Positions 25,913-38,693 of a stretch of 64,000 nt of DNA are shown here, piece by piece (the stretch's first letter is position 1; each line of letters starts with the position of its first letter). The DNA is from Carcharhinus amblyrhynchos (taxonomy: Eukaryota). The stretch covers positions 94,240,001-94,304,000 of the forward strand of contig OZ336871.1 in assembly GCA_965287045.1 (NCBI GenBank), read 5' to 3'. The position numbers and the translations under genes are program-made. The notes beneath the pieces were generated by a model. That model saw only the letters and a program-made list of their open reading frames with translations, made no database searches and was not told the origin of the DNA.

Positions 25913-28069
25913 ATGGCCGGAAATCTATCACCTTGCCCGCCATGGAATCAAATTGGGTGAAGGTCCAACAACAAAAATCTCCGTTGAACTCAGGCATTGG
26001 AAAAGTTTCAATGTACTTAGCAAAGGTAAATACCAAGTTGGCATGGTCCAGTGCAGAGATATCTGGACATACTTAATGGCATTCAGGGGAGTAGGAATCA
26101 GAAAACACATCGGTCTGTGCATGCTATGACTAGGAGATAAGATTGGAAGTCTTGTATCCATCTAAGAGTCAACTGTGCAAAGTTTCAGAAACTTTGACAT
26201 GGTTCATGGATGTGAAGAGTATAGTATAGTGCTGCAAATGGAGGATTGTGCAATGAATGGACCTTTGCCCTTGTAGGAGAAGCCATAATAATGCTGAGCA
26301 CTCAGCAATTAATGTTGGGATGGTTAACCTTATAGTCCCCACCAGATATGAGATGGTTATCCTGGAGCTTGAGCATGTGTGCCAAGGAAGGTATTCAGGT
26401 CGTGGAGAGGCAGGTTTCTCCGGAGAAGAGTCCAGTGGATAGAAATGGGACAGGCGGTGAGAGAAATGAACGTAGGGCCATCTCATTCTTCACAAGAATG
26501 GCAGATACTAGATCTGCAGCAGAATGCATGGGAACATCTGGCGGAGGAGATTCCTCAGGGTTTGCGTGTCATCTGTCATTGAGGAGTCTGTGTGGAACGT
26601 GAGCACTATGTTAGAGAGGCAGCTTCAGGAGGCAGAATCGGGGATTTCTGGGGTTGTACTCAGACTTGCAAATCCTCACACATACAATGATCTTAGGTGG
26701 TCACAACCAGCTTGAGAGAGAGATCCAGCACCCAGTCCTCTGCTAGGCGCCATCCATCAGTGGTGAGCAAAGATGTAAAAATATACCTCATATTGCCTGT
26801 CATCTGTGGGCTCCTCTCATGGCACTCCAGATGAGGGTGGCAGCTCCTTTGCCAGTAACTGCACCATCTTTTGAGAATCAACTATGTGACTGATCACATC
26901 CTCTCAGGCGGTGCCTACTCAGGTCCTATCGGTCAGAGGACGACTAATAAAGTCATCAGATCTGACACAACAGAATCAGTGATCTACTTTTAATGCGGCT
27001 GTCAGCAAGCGTGGGGCATCAAGACTTAGCACTTACAAGCTTAAATTTAAGGTGCTGTGTGCATAGGAGGGGGTTTTCATGGATGCCTTTAATTGCTCTC
27101 CTCGCTACAATGTATGGTTTTTATGTAATTGTGTCAACTACCGTATGTTCTTTGACTAAATCTGTTACAAAATAATTCAAAATTTTGTTTCAATGCCCTG
27201 AGTGATCTGCATGTTTTCCATTGGTGAAGACCTTATCATTGTACAATGATAGATGGCACGGTGTAGAGTCCATTCAATACTCAGATTAGACATCAATGAC
27301 ATCAACAGCACTTGCTATGAATTCAAGGTGATTTTCTTTATTGAATAAAATTTACAGTTAACATTATAGAAGTGAGAAAAGGATTAATGGAGAGAGAGAG
27401 AGACCAGCAAAAGCTAGTCCTGACATAGACTTGAACTCAAACCTCACAATGGGCCAAACTAAACAGGTAATAGTTACTACAATACATGAATTCTTACCTA
27501 TGTTATTGAAATTGCTGGGCACACACAGTCTCTAACTTTCATAAACAATTTGCAGCTGTGTGGCAGTGAAAGCTTCTGTTTTGGCTTGTGAGAAAGCTTT
27601 GCTTGTAAGATCACTTTCAAAGAATGCACTCAACTTTCCAAGCTAATCCTAGAATGCCTGCTGAGTTTAAAATGTGGCCAAGTTAGTTTTGAAGCTTAGC
27701 ATAGTTAGTTACATAAGTAGAAGTATCTTAACATGAAGCCTTTTAACTGAAGCAAACCATGCAAAGGATCCCACACATGGGCAGCAAACTTTATTGCAGA
27801 GGTAGCAAACTTTGTGAGGTGACATTGGAGTCATTGCTTTGTATTGTCTTAAAAGTTTGCACAGGAGGCGGTGCCCTTGGGCAGAAGTGTGGCGAGCCTT
27901 GGCAGCCTAACCAAAGGAACATTGAATCCAGGCCTCACTACTGTTCCTGCCTCCCTGAAGGTTCCTCATCCTAACCCTATGCTTGTCCAGGCTCATCAAC
28001 TGATCCCCCTGCAGACTTTTCATCAGAGATATTTAGAGCTAACTTGATATCCTCATCTTCGAGTGAGTT

Positions 28070-28480
28070 CACCCTATGCCTAAGCAAGATTGTTCAAAAT
28101 GCAGCAGATCACAACGATACGCAAAAATCACTCAAGGGTATTTCAAGGCTGCTCCAGACTGATCCAGGCAACAGAACATCATCTGCAGTAGTCATATTGT
28201 CTCCTGAATTACTGAACTTGTGGAGGCCTGACATTGATTGTACCTTTCCTTTGCTTGTGCCCTAAGGTGCTGGAGTGGCAGCTTGAGCCACCATTTCAAT
28301 GAATATCCTTGGTCACCCAACAACCAACCATCCAGTTGAGTTGGAGTCATGGCACCTGGGAGTGTTATGAAATGAATATATTGTGGGAGCTGCCTAGTTT
28401 TAAGGCACGGCTGATGGTAAAGGCCAAGCTTCCCAGATCCCAAGGGGAAACATAACCAGCTGATAGAATGTTTTTTACTG
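28070..28480 (-). mobile_element. PIF/Harbinger transposase (HARBI1-like DDE) C-terminal relic
   Basis: GWLLGDQGYSLKWWLKLPL...ERYNQCQASTSSVIQETI, then LLQMMFCCLDQSG.AL.Y...IVVICCILNNLA; frameshifted. Confidence 0.85.
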
Positions 28481-28485
28481 TGCCA

Positions 28486-28839
28486 GGGCAGCATGGTAGC
28501 ACAGTAGTTACCACTGCTGCTTCACAACTCCAGGGTCCTGGGTTCAATTCCTGGCTTGGGTTACTGTTCTGTGTGGAGTTTGCACAGTCTCCTCGTGTCT
28601 GCGTGGGTTTCCTCCGGGTACTCCGGTTTCCTCCCACAGTCCAAAGATGTGCGGGTTAGGTTGATTGGCTATGCTAAGAAATTGCCCCTTGGTATCCAGG
28701 AATGTGTAGGTTAGCAGGATTAGTAGGTATAATATGTAGGGATATGGGGTTAGGGCCTGGGTGGGATAGTGTTTGGTGCAGACTCGATGGGCTGAAGAGT
28801 CTCTTTCTGCACTGTAGGGTTCTATGATTCTATTTCTAT
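28486..28839 (+). mobile_element. Full-length HE1-like V-SINE
   Basis: A-box/B-box head (TAGCACAGTAG, GGTTCAATTCC), V-core, CR1-type tail ending TTCTATGATTCTAT. Confidence 0.92.
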
Positions 28840-29369
28840 ATAATAAGCAGGTGTTCTGAATTCAGGAAATGACATCTCCAACGAATTGTGATAATTTAAA
28901 GTAAATTTTTATTAAAAAACAAAAATTACACTTAAATAAGAATGTCTTCACATCGTTAATGGTATTTTAAAATAAAGTTCCAAAAGATCTTAATCTAGTC
29001 TATCCTCAGAGCTAACCTTTCCTTTTCTGCTTGGCAACAATCTGTATACATTATTAAATCTATAAAATTCCAGTAATTTTATCATGCCGTGTCCTTTTGC
29101 TCTTGGGGTGTCCTCTGAGGCTGACAGTAACTGGCTGTCCAGCTCTGGCCTTGTCCACATTGTCATCTGGGAGATATAAATAGTCATTGCCACCCCCCCA
29201 CCCCACCTCCTCCTCCTCACTCCACACCATTCACATGGGCTTCAGTGTTTTCTAAAATGCGTTCCTTCCCTTTAACCTCTCGATCTTCCATTGTTTCATC
29301 TTGTCTTTCAGAAATGCTGTTTCCCCAGACCAGATCTAATTCCTTTATTTACTTCAGCTAATGTAACTA

Positions 29370-29560
29370 AAGGGCTAATTAACAGACAGAAAGCAGAGGT
29401 CAGGGATAAATGGACATTTTGAAGTTGGCAGGCTTTAATTATCAAAGTGCCTCAAGGATGAATGTTGAGGCCTCAACTAGTTGCAATCTATATTAATGAT
29501 TTTGATGAAGTGACAAAGTTACGTTTCAAAATTTGTTGATCATACAAAGCTAGATAAGAT
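29370..29560 (+). mobile_element. Old CR1 RT fragment
   Basis: Decayed R.Q.V.ING...VPQG...LRPQL...IYINDFDE...SKFVDHTK. Confidence 0.65.
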
Positions 29561-30179
29561 TTGGGAAGACACGATCTTACCTGCCATTCATGCCACACTC
29601 CCACTGCAGCACGATGGGATGGGATAATCTCACAAGTGTGAACCATGGTAAGACTCAGGCCAAAATGTTCAGAGAGATGTAGAAAGCTTATGAGCGGTGA
29701 ATAAGTTGACAGATGGAGTATAATGAGCTGGTTTTCTGCAGAGTCAGGAAGACTCCAGGGACCTTTAAAACTGCCGGATGGGATCTGGATGCAGATACCA
29801 CCATCCTGACAGACCCAGATTTTCCCTGGCAGGGAAAGACAGCAGGGTGGGTGCAGGGTGTTGTTCACACATGCATGAAACCCAAATTCAGCAAGGCCAT
29901 TTGAGTTCAGTGCTGAGTTCAGGGTTCATGTAGACCCAGGTTGGCTAGTCCAAAAGTCTGAAGCCTGCAATGTGGAAATCACAAACTGATGGAATAGACA
30001 CAAATACTCTTGAAGGGTGGCTGATGATCTGTACAACTGTTATGATTTGAAGTATTTTTAAGTGCCCCACTCTTCTAAATTAAAAAAAAATCAGGCTGTA
30101 ATTATCATTGAGAGTTAAATGTAAACCCATTAACAGGGTTAGGTGAGAAAAACAACAGTATCTTCTAATGGTACAATTT

Positions 30180-30653
30180 AAACATCCTTTCTGGTTGTAT
30201 CACAGCTTGGTATGGGTCCTGCTTTGTCCAAGACCACAAGGAAATTAAAAAGGTTGTCGATGTAGCCCAATCCATCACGCAAACCCACCTCCCATCCATT
30301 GACTCTGTCTACACTTCCCGCTGCCTCAGCAAAGCATCCAGCATAATTAAGGACCCCACACATCCTGGACATTCTCTCTTCCACCTTCTTCCTTCGGGAA
30401 AAAGATACAAAAGTCTGAGGTCACGTACCAACCAATTCAAGAACAGCTTCTTCCCTGCTGCTGTCAGAGTTTTGAATGAACTTGCCTTGCATAAAGTTGA
30501 TTTTCTCTACACCCTACGACTGTAACATTACATTCTGCACTCTCTTGTTTCCTTCTCTATGAATGGTATGTTTTGTCTATATAGCGTGCAAGAAACAATA
30601 CTTTTCACTGTATGTTAATATATGTGACAATAATAAATCAAATCAAATCAAAT
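30180..30653 (+). mobile_element. Rex1/Babar LINE 3' fragment
   Basis: CITAWYGSC...SIDSVYTSRCLSKASSIIKDPTHPGHSLFHLLPSGKRYKSLRS; (AAATC)3 tail. Confidence 0.9.
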
Positions 30654-31280
30654 AGACCTTTGTTGACATTTCTCTATCATTATGTCTTTATGAATAGTTG
30701 GCTGACTTTCAAAAGCTACTACCTCCTCCGCAGCTAGTATGCAGGGTCCTGTTGATGATTGCCCAGCAAATCATTGCTCACTAATGTTATTTAAAAGGGT
30801 AGGCTTGTCACAGAGTGTTGGGATTCTTCCCATTTGGCACCAGATTAGTGTGCAAACCTAACAAGTGATTGCTCTAGCTGGACAAACAGTTGGAACCTTA
30901 TTTATGTTTTGTGCCACTAATGTGTGCGTTTTTGGCTAGTTAAACTCCAGTAGTACACCTGCACACATAACACTCTGGCAATCTGACTGTAGGTTCTCAG
31001 AATTTGGCCCACTGGTTTGTGTCTCTTAATGGAGAGAATGTGTACTCTGCAGTGGGAAAACATAAATTGTACATGTATAAACTTCTCAGCAGCTTGTGTC
31101 AGAGGATCTTATGAATGGTGATAGGCTTTTGTATTTGTTCAGTTCTTGCCAAATCAAAAAAAAATGAATCACTTGTTTGCAAATGAGCATTATCCCTGCA
31201 AACCTTTTAAATTATATCCTTCAGGTATATTCTCATATCTTGTCAATGATGATCACTTCTAACAAATTCTCTTCATTTTA

Positions 31281-31634
31281 ATTTGATTTATTATTTATAT
31301 GTGTTAGTATACAGTGAAAAGTACTGTGTCTTGCGTGTGTACAGACAAAGCATAATGTTCATAGAGAAGGAAACGAGAGAATGCAAAATATAGTGTTACA
31401 GTCATAGCAAGTGTGTAGAGAAAGAACAACTTAACGCAGGGTAAGTCCATTCAAAAGTCTGATAGCAACAGGGAAGAAGCTGTTTTTGAGTCGGTTGGAA
31501 TGTGACCTCAGACTTTTACATCTTTTTCCAATGGAAGAGAGAATGCCTAGGGTGTGTGTGGTCCTTAATAATGCTGGCTGCTTTGTCGAGGCAGCAGAAA
31601 GTGTAGATAGAGTCAATGGATGGGAGGCTGGTTT
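31281..31634 (-). mobile_element. Rex1/Babar LINE 3' fragment
   Basis: GKRCKSLRSHSNRLKNSFFPVAIRLLNG; homologous 3' UTR. Confidence 0.88.
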
Positions 31635-32265
31635 AAATTCACCACAGCTATTTTGTATGAGAATATTTTATAACTAAGTACTAATTAACACTGGCAAATA
31701 GTCATCTGCTATCTTCTCAACTCTAAAATATCTTCTGCCTTTGGGCTTATAGATTCAACATTTAGAAGAAAAAAAATGTGCACACTCTGGTGCTCACAGA
31801 AATATTTAAACACTACAGAAATAATTGAACTAATTTATGATTCTATTCAGATGCTGTAATTAGAGTAATGCCTCAGATTCATTGGGTTCAAATTTGGTGC
31901 CTTCAGGTGAGTCAATTCTCATTTGGTTAGTTTGCCTATTTGACTGTCAGTTGCAAATAGCTTTGTTCAGTTCTTTAATTTATATATTTATTCACCAGTC
32001 CAGGTGCAAACTCAGATGGGTCTATGATTAACGCAAATGACATGTGAGGGAAATTTCATATATTGGCATTTACTGTGGTAGGGAAAATTAAAGTGTCACA
32101 GGCCAGTATCTCTGTTGATCCAAAGTGTTGAGAAGATAGGGCCCACAGCATTCCCATGTTGATTTGTCAGAGCTGACAGAAATGGCGACTAGCATTTTGC
32201 TGCAGCCAAACAGGTAATACTAAGTCTTAACCACCTTAGCATGCTATCTTTCATTCATAACCTGC

Positions 32266-32612
32266 CTTTTCTTTTATTCATTTGTGGGACATGGGCATCG
32301 CTGGCGGGCCATCCCTATTTCCCAAGGACATTTAAGAGTCAACCACATTGCTGTGGCTCTGGAATCACATGTAGGCCAGACCGGGTAAAAATAGCAGATT
32401 TCCTTCCTAAAGGACATGAGTGAACCAGATGGGTTTTTCCAACAATCGACAATGGTTTCATGGTCATCAATAGATTCTTAATTCCAAATTTTTTTTATTG
32501 AATTCAAATTCCACTAGCTGCCATAATGGGATTTGAACTCGGTCCCCAGAACATGAGCTGAGTTTCTAGATTAATAGTCCAGCAATAATATCACTAGTCC
32601 ATTGCCTCCCCC
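32266..32612 (-). mobile_element. Second tRNA-derived SINE family copy
   Basis: Homologous to 49130-49447 and 25322-25632. Confidence 0.85.
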
Positions 32613-33222
32613 GCATACCCATAAGATGGGAAACATAGCAGCGCTCTTCCCTGTTCATTCCTGTATCAGTCAATGCAGCTTCCAGCCGTTTGAAGCAATA
32701 TATTTAAATGCTGATCCTATGACCAAAAAATAGGGTGTTTCTCTTGCTGAATTTCCTGGGTAGTAAAGCCCCATTTGTCTGAAGATGGGACAGTAGCAAG
32801 ATAAAGATAAACCTTATTCAATGTTTGAGTTAATAGTCTCAACGTTACCCTCTCAAGATGGGTGGGAGAAAGTAAGAGGGGCGGGGATGAATAAATGTGA
32901 GGAATGCATTTTTATGGTGGCATATTGGGCCAATCAAATAACCTCCCATGGAGAGATTCAACCCTGTAAATATCTGGGTCCAAGAGGAAAGTGGGAGTGA
33001 AAATCTCGTTTGTAAATTTCAAGCAAAGAATGCAGGATTTATAATTATTGGTAATTCAGCAATTGGTAATTGTTTTCCAATACCATATACCATGGGTGGA
33101 AATCTACCAAAATGCAACAAAGCATTATAATGGTAGGAAAACTGGAGCGATTAGCACTAGGTTAGTTTCTCATGTATGTTCTGCACCACAATCATCCTAC
33201 ACTCAGTCATTTTTTGGAGCAG

Positions 33223-33502
33223 TGATGTGGAGTTGCCAGCATTGGACTGGAGTGGGCACAGTAATTAGTCTCACAACACCAGGTTAAAGTCCAACAGGTT
33301 TATTTAGTAGCATGCGCTTTTGGAGCGCTGCTCCTTCATCGGTGATTGCCTGATGATGAAGCACTCACTGAAGGAGCACTGATGAAGCCACTCACCTGAT
33401 GAAGGAGCAGTGCTTCGAAAGCTCATGCTACCAAATAAACCCGTTGGACTTTAACCTGGTGATGTGAGACAACTTACTGTCCAACCCGGCAACTCCACAT
33501 CA
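33223..33502. mobile_element. Fold-back Penelope-like element end (second subfamily) with TSD
   Basis: Termini TGATGTGGAGTTGCC / GGCAACTCCACATCA; imperfect arms; TSD TTTTTTGGAGCAG (33210-33222) / TTTTTTGGAGGAG (33503-33515). Confidence 0.85.
33393..33427 (+). ncRNA. Minimal type-I hammerhead ribozyme motif
   Basis: CAC-CTGATGA-A-GGAGC-agt-GCTTC-GAAA-GCT-C-ATG; core intact, stem I weakened (ATG for GTG). Confidence 0.7.
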
Positions 33503-36500
33503 TTTTTTGGAGGAGAGTTTCGTGCCAATGCTGGGGGGGTGTGGAGGGTGTGGGGGGGTGGGTGCATCAGGACGTAAACACACTAGTAATCCCAGCTTCA
33601 GAGTGCTCAGGCGCCGCTTTGCAAGGGTGTCCCGATTTCAGTGCACTGGGAGAAGCCCGCCCACCTCCAATGGGCATTGGGATCCTCCCTTATCAGTGAC
33701 ATGTTCCCCCAAACTCTTCCTCTTGCAGGCTACAAGCATCAGGGCTCCGATGGGTCCCTCTGCCTGACCCCAACATAATCCCCATTCATGACCCGAACAT
33801 GATCCATCCCTGCATGATCTCTTATTGCAGCCTCCATTCAGGCCCCAACTCCCTGGCACTTCCCCGGCACACAGGCAGTGCTCAGCTGGTACTGCTGGAG
33901 TGTCTGGTGTGCATTGTCATGTGGGCTGTGTCCAATGGACACCACCTCACCAAGCTCTGGACCACCATGGGGCTTCAGTGGCCTCTCAGCTCTTGATGTG
34001 GCCACTGCATCAGGTCCCTGATAGTGGAGGCCAGCAGTAATCCCTCCCCCACCCCCTCATCTTGTGTCATGCCTGAAGGCCAGAGGATCCAGTGCGCTGG
34101 GAGTCAAATGGGCTATGCATATTTAAATGCTATTTTAAATCCCTTTCTGGGTGCAATTTGTGCCATTAAGAAGGGGCAGGGAGGACTGCCAACTGTTTGG
34201 CACTATGTGCAATATCTATTTTTAGGCCCGCTTGCTACTGTCCGGGATCAGCGCAATTCGCATAGGTGCGAGGAGATCGGAAAATCGGCCACCATATTAT
34301 TCTTATTTCTTTTCATTTTAATCTACATGCCAAAATCAGAAAATTTCAGCATACTTACAATTTACCTGTATTAGATTTACAAAGAGGTAAAATGTATTCA
34401 GAGTACCACCCTTTCAATTCTAGGACCGAATTTTGAAACACATTTGGATTAATAGATCCACCCTTCACAACTGGGTAAGTGAAATGTATTTGAACAACTC
34501 TCTGTGGATTTCCTTATGTCTTGTAACTTGGAATATTGACACTAAATTGACAGTCTTGCTATGGGTTGTATGCTACAGGAACAGCAGCAGCTAAAGTAAT
34601 GGAAATGTCATAATGGCGTTGTAGAAATGTTCTCTAAGATCGATGCAGCAGTCTATTGTCATGTCAGAGTGACAGACAGTTATTCTGTATCTGACTGTGT
34701 TCTATTACTGGGAGTGCTTATTAGGAAATTGGGTGCATCTTGCTCTCTGCAATCTTCCATCTTTTTGATTTTAATGAATTCCCAGCATGTGCTCCTACAG
34801 GTGCACAAAGCTTTGTGCTAGGAATGCACAACGTGCAAATATTTACTCCATAATGTTTTATTCAGTAGTTTAATTTCCAACGTTACGCTACCTGAAATTT
34901 ATCAAGTATTCCAATTTTCAGCCTTTTTGAATTCAGGTCCAAAAATCAGGTGAAAGCAGCTGTAAGGAAATGTGTGCTTTGGAGGTCAGTAATAAAACAG
35001 TTCATGTAAGCCAAATAACTTCAAGTGTAATCACGTTTAAACAGAAATACGATGATGTAAGGAACAAAAGTGAACCCAGGATTTAAGCCATGGATTAAAT
35101 AAAAACATAATGGGAGTTGTTTTGTTGTATGGCAAGTGTAAAATTAACAATTTTGTATGAGGTGCCCATTCTATATTTTCATCCAATTTCCATTTTCATT
35201 GAAGTTATATATTTATTAATGCATCAGAAAATAACGGAGAGTCATTTTAGGCAACTGTGTCCCAAATGTTAGTGGTGTGGTGTAATTTCAGAATGAAAAT
35301 ACTTAAAATACACTTATGTTCTTATGTTCTTATATTCACCAAGTACAGTGTGAAAATTCGACATGCATTGTTAATCATGCCCTTTGTGTTATCAAAACTT
35401 CAGCTGGTTGCAGGTGATTGAAGGAACGCACAACATCACTGCTACCAATCAGCACTGAGAGAAGCTCAAACTCTCCCTTGTCCAAATAGGTAAAGCAACT
35501 TTATATGTCAATGCATAGCTATAACACATTGCCACCACAATCAGTCTTAACCTTAATTTTGGAATTTTTCTTTTGAGAGAGCCATTATTGAACTTTCGGC
35601 TAAAATATCTCATTGATTCCTCGGTCTATTAGGCAATCTTTCCATCAGCAAAGTTTAGATGCTGTTGAATAACTCATCTTGTATAATGATAACAACATGT
35701 AGGTTTAAATGTTTTGTCTTGCTGAGGACCAGACCAAAAACTCCAATGTATGTTATACCATTAGCCTGGACCCCAAAATTTGCACTTGATTTTGGCATTA
35801 GGGTGAGCACAAGGTATTTTGCTCCAGTATGTTTCAATTGACCCATTACAAAGCTGTTATGAAAACAAACTTTATTTAAGAACACAGACTATAGTATAAT
35901 TCTTAACAACTAGCAATCCCTATAATGACAGAAAGGGCCACCCCTCTCTACAGGTTCCAAAACAGCAACTAACCTTGAATTCTCTGTGTAAACCTGGCTC
36001 CATTAAGTCATATCACCTTACTTGTCAATCAACCAGATTACATCCTACTCTGCAAAACCCCAGGGGGTTCACTAAGAACACAAAACAGCATTAGTCCAGA
36101 TTAAAATACACATTCTAGCAAATAGAAGCTATTATGCTGCAGCAGCAACAACACAGAGTTGCTGGATGTAGATAAACTGGCATAAAAAGAAACTGCTAAA
36201 ACAGATCCTGCACAAGAAACAGACAACCACATTTCTTAAAGCTCAGTATTGTCTCATTCTTGCCACCAATACTACCTAACTGGCTGAGATCTGTATTGGC
36301 AACATTTTCTGTTTAATTTCAGATTTCCAGCATTGACAGTATTTTGCCTTTATATTAAGGTGCTAGAGTTTGTATTGGATGACCAAGGGATCTGGAATTT
36401 TTGGATGGTGAGTTTTCACTTCCTGCCATACTGACTCTTTGCTGACTGAGAGTGCCATGCAGATATTTCATGCTCAAATGAACATTAATTTACTCCAGGT

Positions 36501-38309
36501 AAGATTTTAACCCCTCACTTGGAAAGGATTCCCTGCTTTAGACAGTTACTGGCCAATCTGATTGGAAGAAATACAGGAGGATGCCTGAGTCAAGCCCAAA
36601 CACTGAAGACCAATGTAAGTTCAAGGAGAATTAGGCAGGGGAGGGGGAGGATTGAAAAGGCCTGGAATGATGCAAAGGGGGTGATTGGGATCTGGGGGAT
36701 AGGCTGAGGGGGGAAGGGGTGTGAGGAAGGTCCAGAAGCCACTAGAAATTGGTGGAGGGATGTCTGATTTCAGAAGGTGTCTCCCTTCCCACCCAAGATT
36801 TAACTCTGTTAACTTGGGCTTCCCCCATGCAAGTTTAATCCTCCTGCCAGCCTAACAATTGAGACTGAGTGAGAAATGGCTCTTTAATTGGTTAAAAACA
36901 GGGCTTCAGTTAGTACAAAGGCAGGCTTTCCTCTGAGGCCTTGCCCACTCCAATGTCCAATTGCTGCATGGTCAAGATGGGTGGCAATTTGCAGGGAAAC
37001 CCATTCCTTCAATTTCATGCTTCCCCTTCCCCACTAGCCTAAAAGCTGTTGGTGGGGGAAGTGTAAATTCTGGCCTATATCATTGACTTGCCTTAGTACA
37101 ATTATCCATTTGTGATTACTTAAAAAAAAATTACACCCCTTCCCTTAATCTAGCCCATGCTGCTACCCTTTCTTCAGCTGTTTGTTTCACCAGATTAATG
37201 CATTCATTAGACTTTCCTGACAATGATGTTTATGGTGTTTCTCTGGGTTTTGGCAGATCCTTTGACACACTGTGATGGCTATCAGGAGAAACCCAATTTT
37301 TCTGTGGTTTCTGTGGATCTTCTCACAAGTGACAATGGGATAATCAGCAAAGCCCCCCTGGATATTACTGGTGTTAATCTTATACTTGCATTTGTGTAAA
37401 TCTTGCAAAAAGCCACAAATCCAGATTTTGCTTCTCCATGTGCCAGCTGGAAACTCATTTTAATTCATGATCATTATCTGCATGAAGCAGTTTCAGCATA
37501 TGCTTTTTTTCTGCTATTATGGCAACCTTGAAGTAATGCTTCAGATTTCCCTTTTTGTGCTGTATAATACTTACTTCTGGTTGGTTCTCCAAAACCTTTT
37601 GAATTAAGAATTCTGCAGAGGGATTGGAGGGTGGGGAATGTTACCCTGTGAGCTTGAGGTGGGTCTTCTTGCCATCCGTTATTTAACATTGGATGTTAAC
37701 ATTAACAGCAGGTCAGGGCAAAGAAGAAGCATTTAAGTCCATTGCTCCATTTTACCTGTGCAGCCCCTCCACCCTAAACCCCACACATCACCAGGTTTCT
37801 GTCAGGCATGGGGAGTGTAAATCCGCCTCTATGTGTTGTTAACTTTTTTTTGTGTGCGTTTGATTATTAAGTATAAAACTTACATTCTGAACAATATTTT
37901 AATGTGTAGTTAAAATGATACGAGAAACTAGGTCTAAGCAAGGCACTGGATTTATCTGATAAAGTTGCACACAATTTGGCCTGACTCTTTGAAAGCAGAC
38001 TGAATCATGGAACAGGCTTGAGCTGGCAAGTTTTCACAACTTCCTAGTTGTTGAAATGTAAAATGTGCAGACAGGAGCTGACAGGTCCAACACTGAGGTG
38101 ATGTATGAGGTGAGTAAACTTCCTGTCTTTCTCACATGAATGCAGCGAGAGCAGATAAACAGTAGCAATTTATCACTAATGACCTTACTGGAACCCGTTA
38201 AGGGAATGTTCTCATTGTCTGAAACTATTCTGCATGCTGCACGTAGCAGTTTCTGCTGCTTTGAGATTCTTGTATCAACTGTAACTAAAGAACCAGTAGG
38301 GACAACAAA

Positions 38310-38690
38310 TTATATTTATAGAGTGCCTTTAATGTAATAAAACATCCCAGGACAATTCACAAGGGAGCTTTCAAACAAAATTTGATCAGCTCCACATAAC
38401 ACGATATTAGGGTAGATGGTTGGAGGCTTAGTCATAAAGATAGGTTCTGAGGTATGCTTAAAAGGTGAGAGCAAGGTAGTGAGGAGGGATGGTTCAGAGA
38501 GGGAATTTCAAAGCCTAGGACCTTGGTTATTGTAGGCATGGCCATCAATGTTGGGTAATTAAAAATGGAGATGCTCAAGAAGCCAGAATTAGAGAAGTGC
38601 AGATATATTGGATAGTTGTACGGTTGGAGGAGATTGCAGAAAGAGCAGAATGTAGCAGATAGCCAAGATAGAGTCGAGAGGTAATGGAAG
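38310..38690 (-). mobile_element. Old L2 LINE 3' fragment
   Basis: L2-like end (reverse complement GGGATGTTTTATTACATTAAAGGCACTCTATAAAT); homologous to 55993-56330. Confidence 0.7.
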
Positions 38691-38693
38691 CAT

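Larger units (their letters stand above)
33094..34292. mobile_element. Non-autonomous Harbinger-like element (MITE) hosting a Penelope-like insertion
   Basis: Degenerate GGG...ATCT / AAAATCGGCC termini, possible CAT 3-bp TSD, GC-rich interior similar to 53546-54681. Confidence 0.6.

Noticed and set aside
28192-28494. Host HARBI1 gene exon
   Set aside because: Frameshifted and decayed; better explained as a transposase relic
28486-28560. tRNA gene
   Set aside because: tRNA-like SINE head with A/B boxes, continuing into the SINE body; same for the other copies
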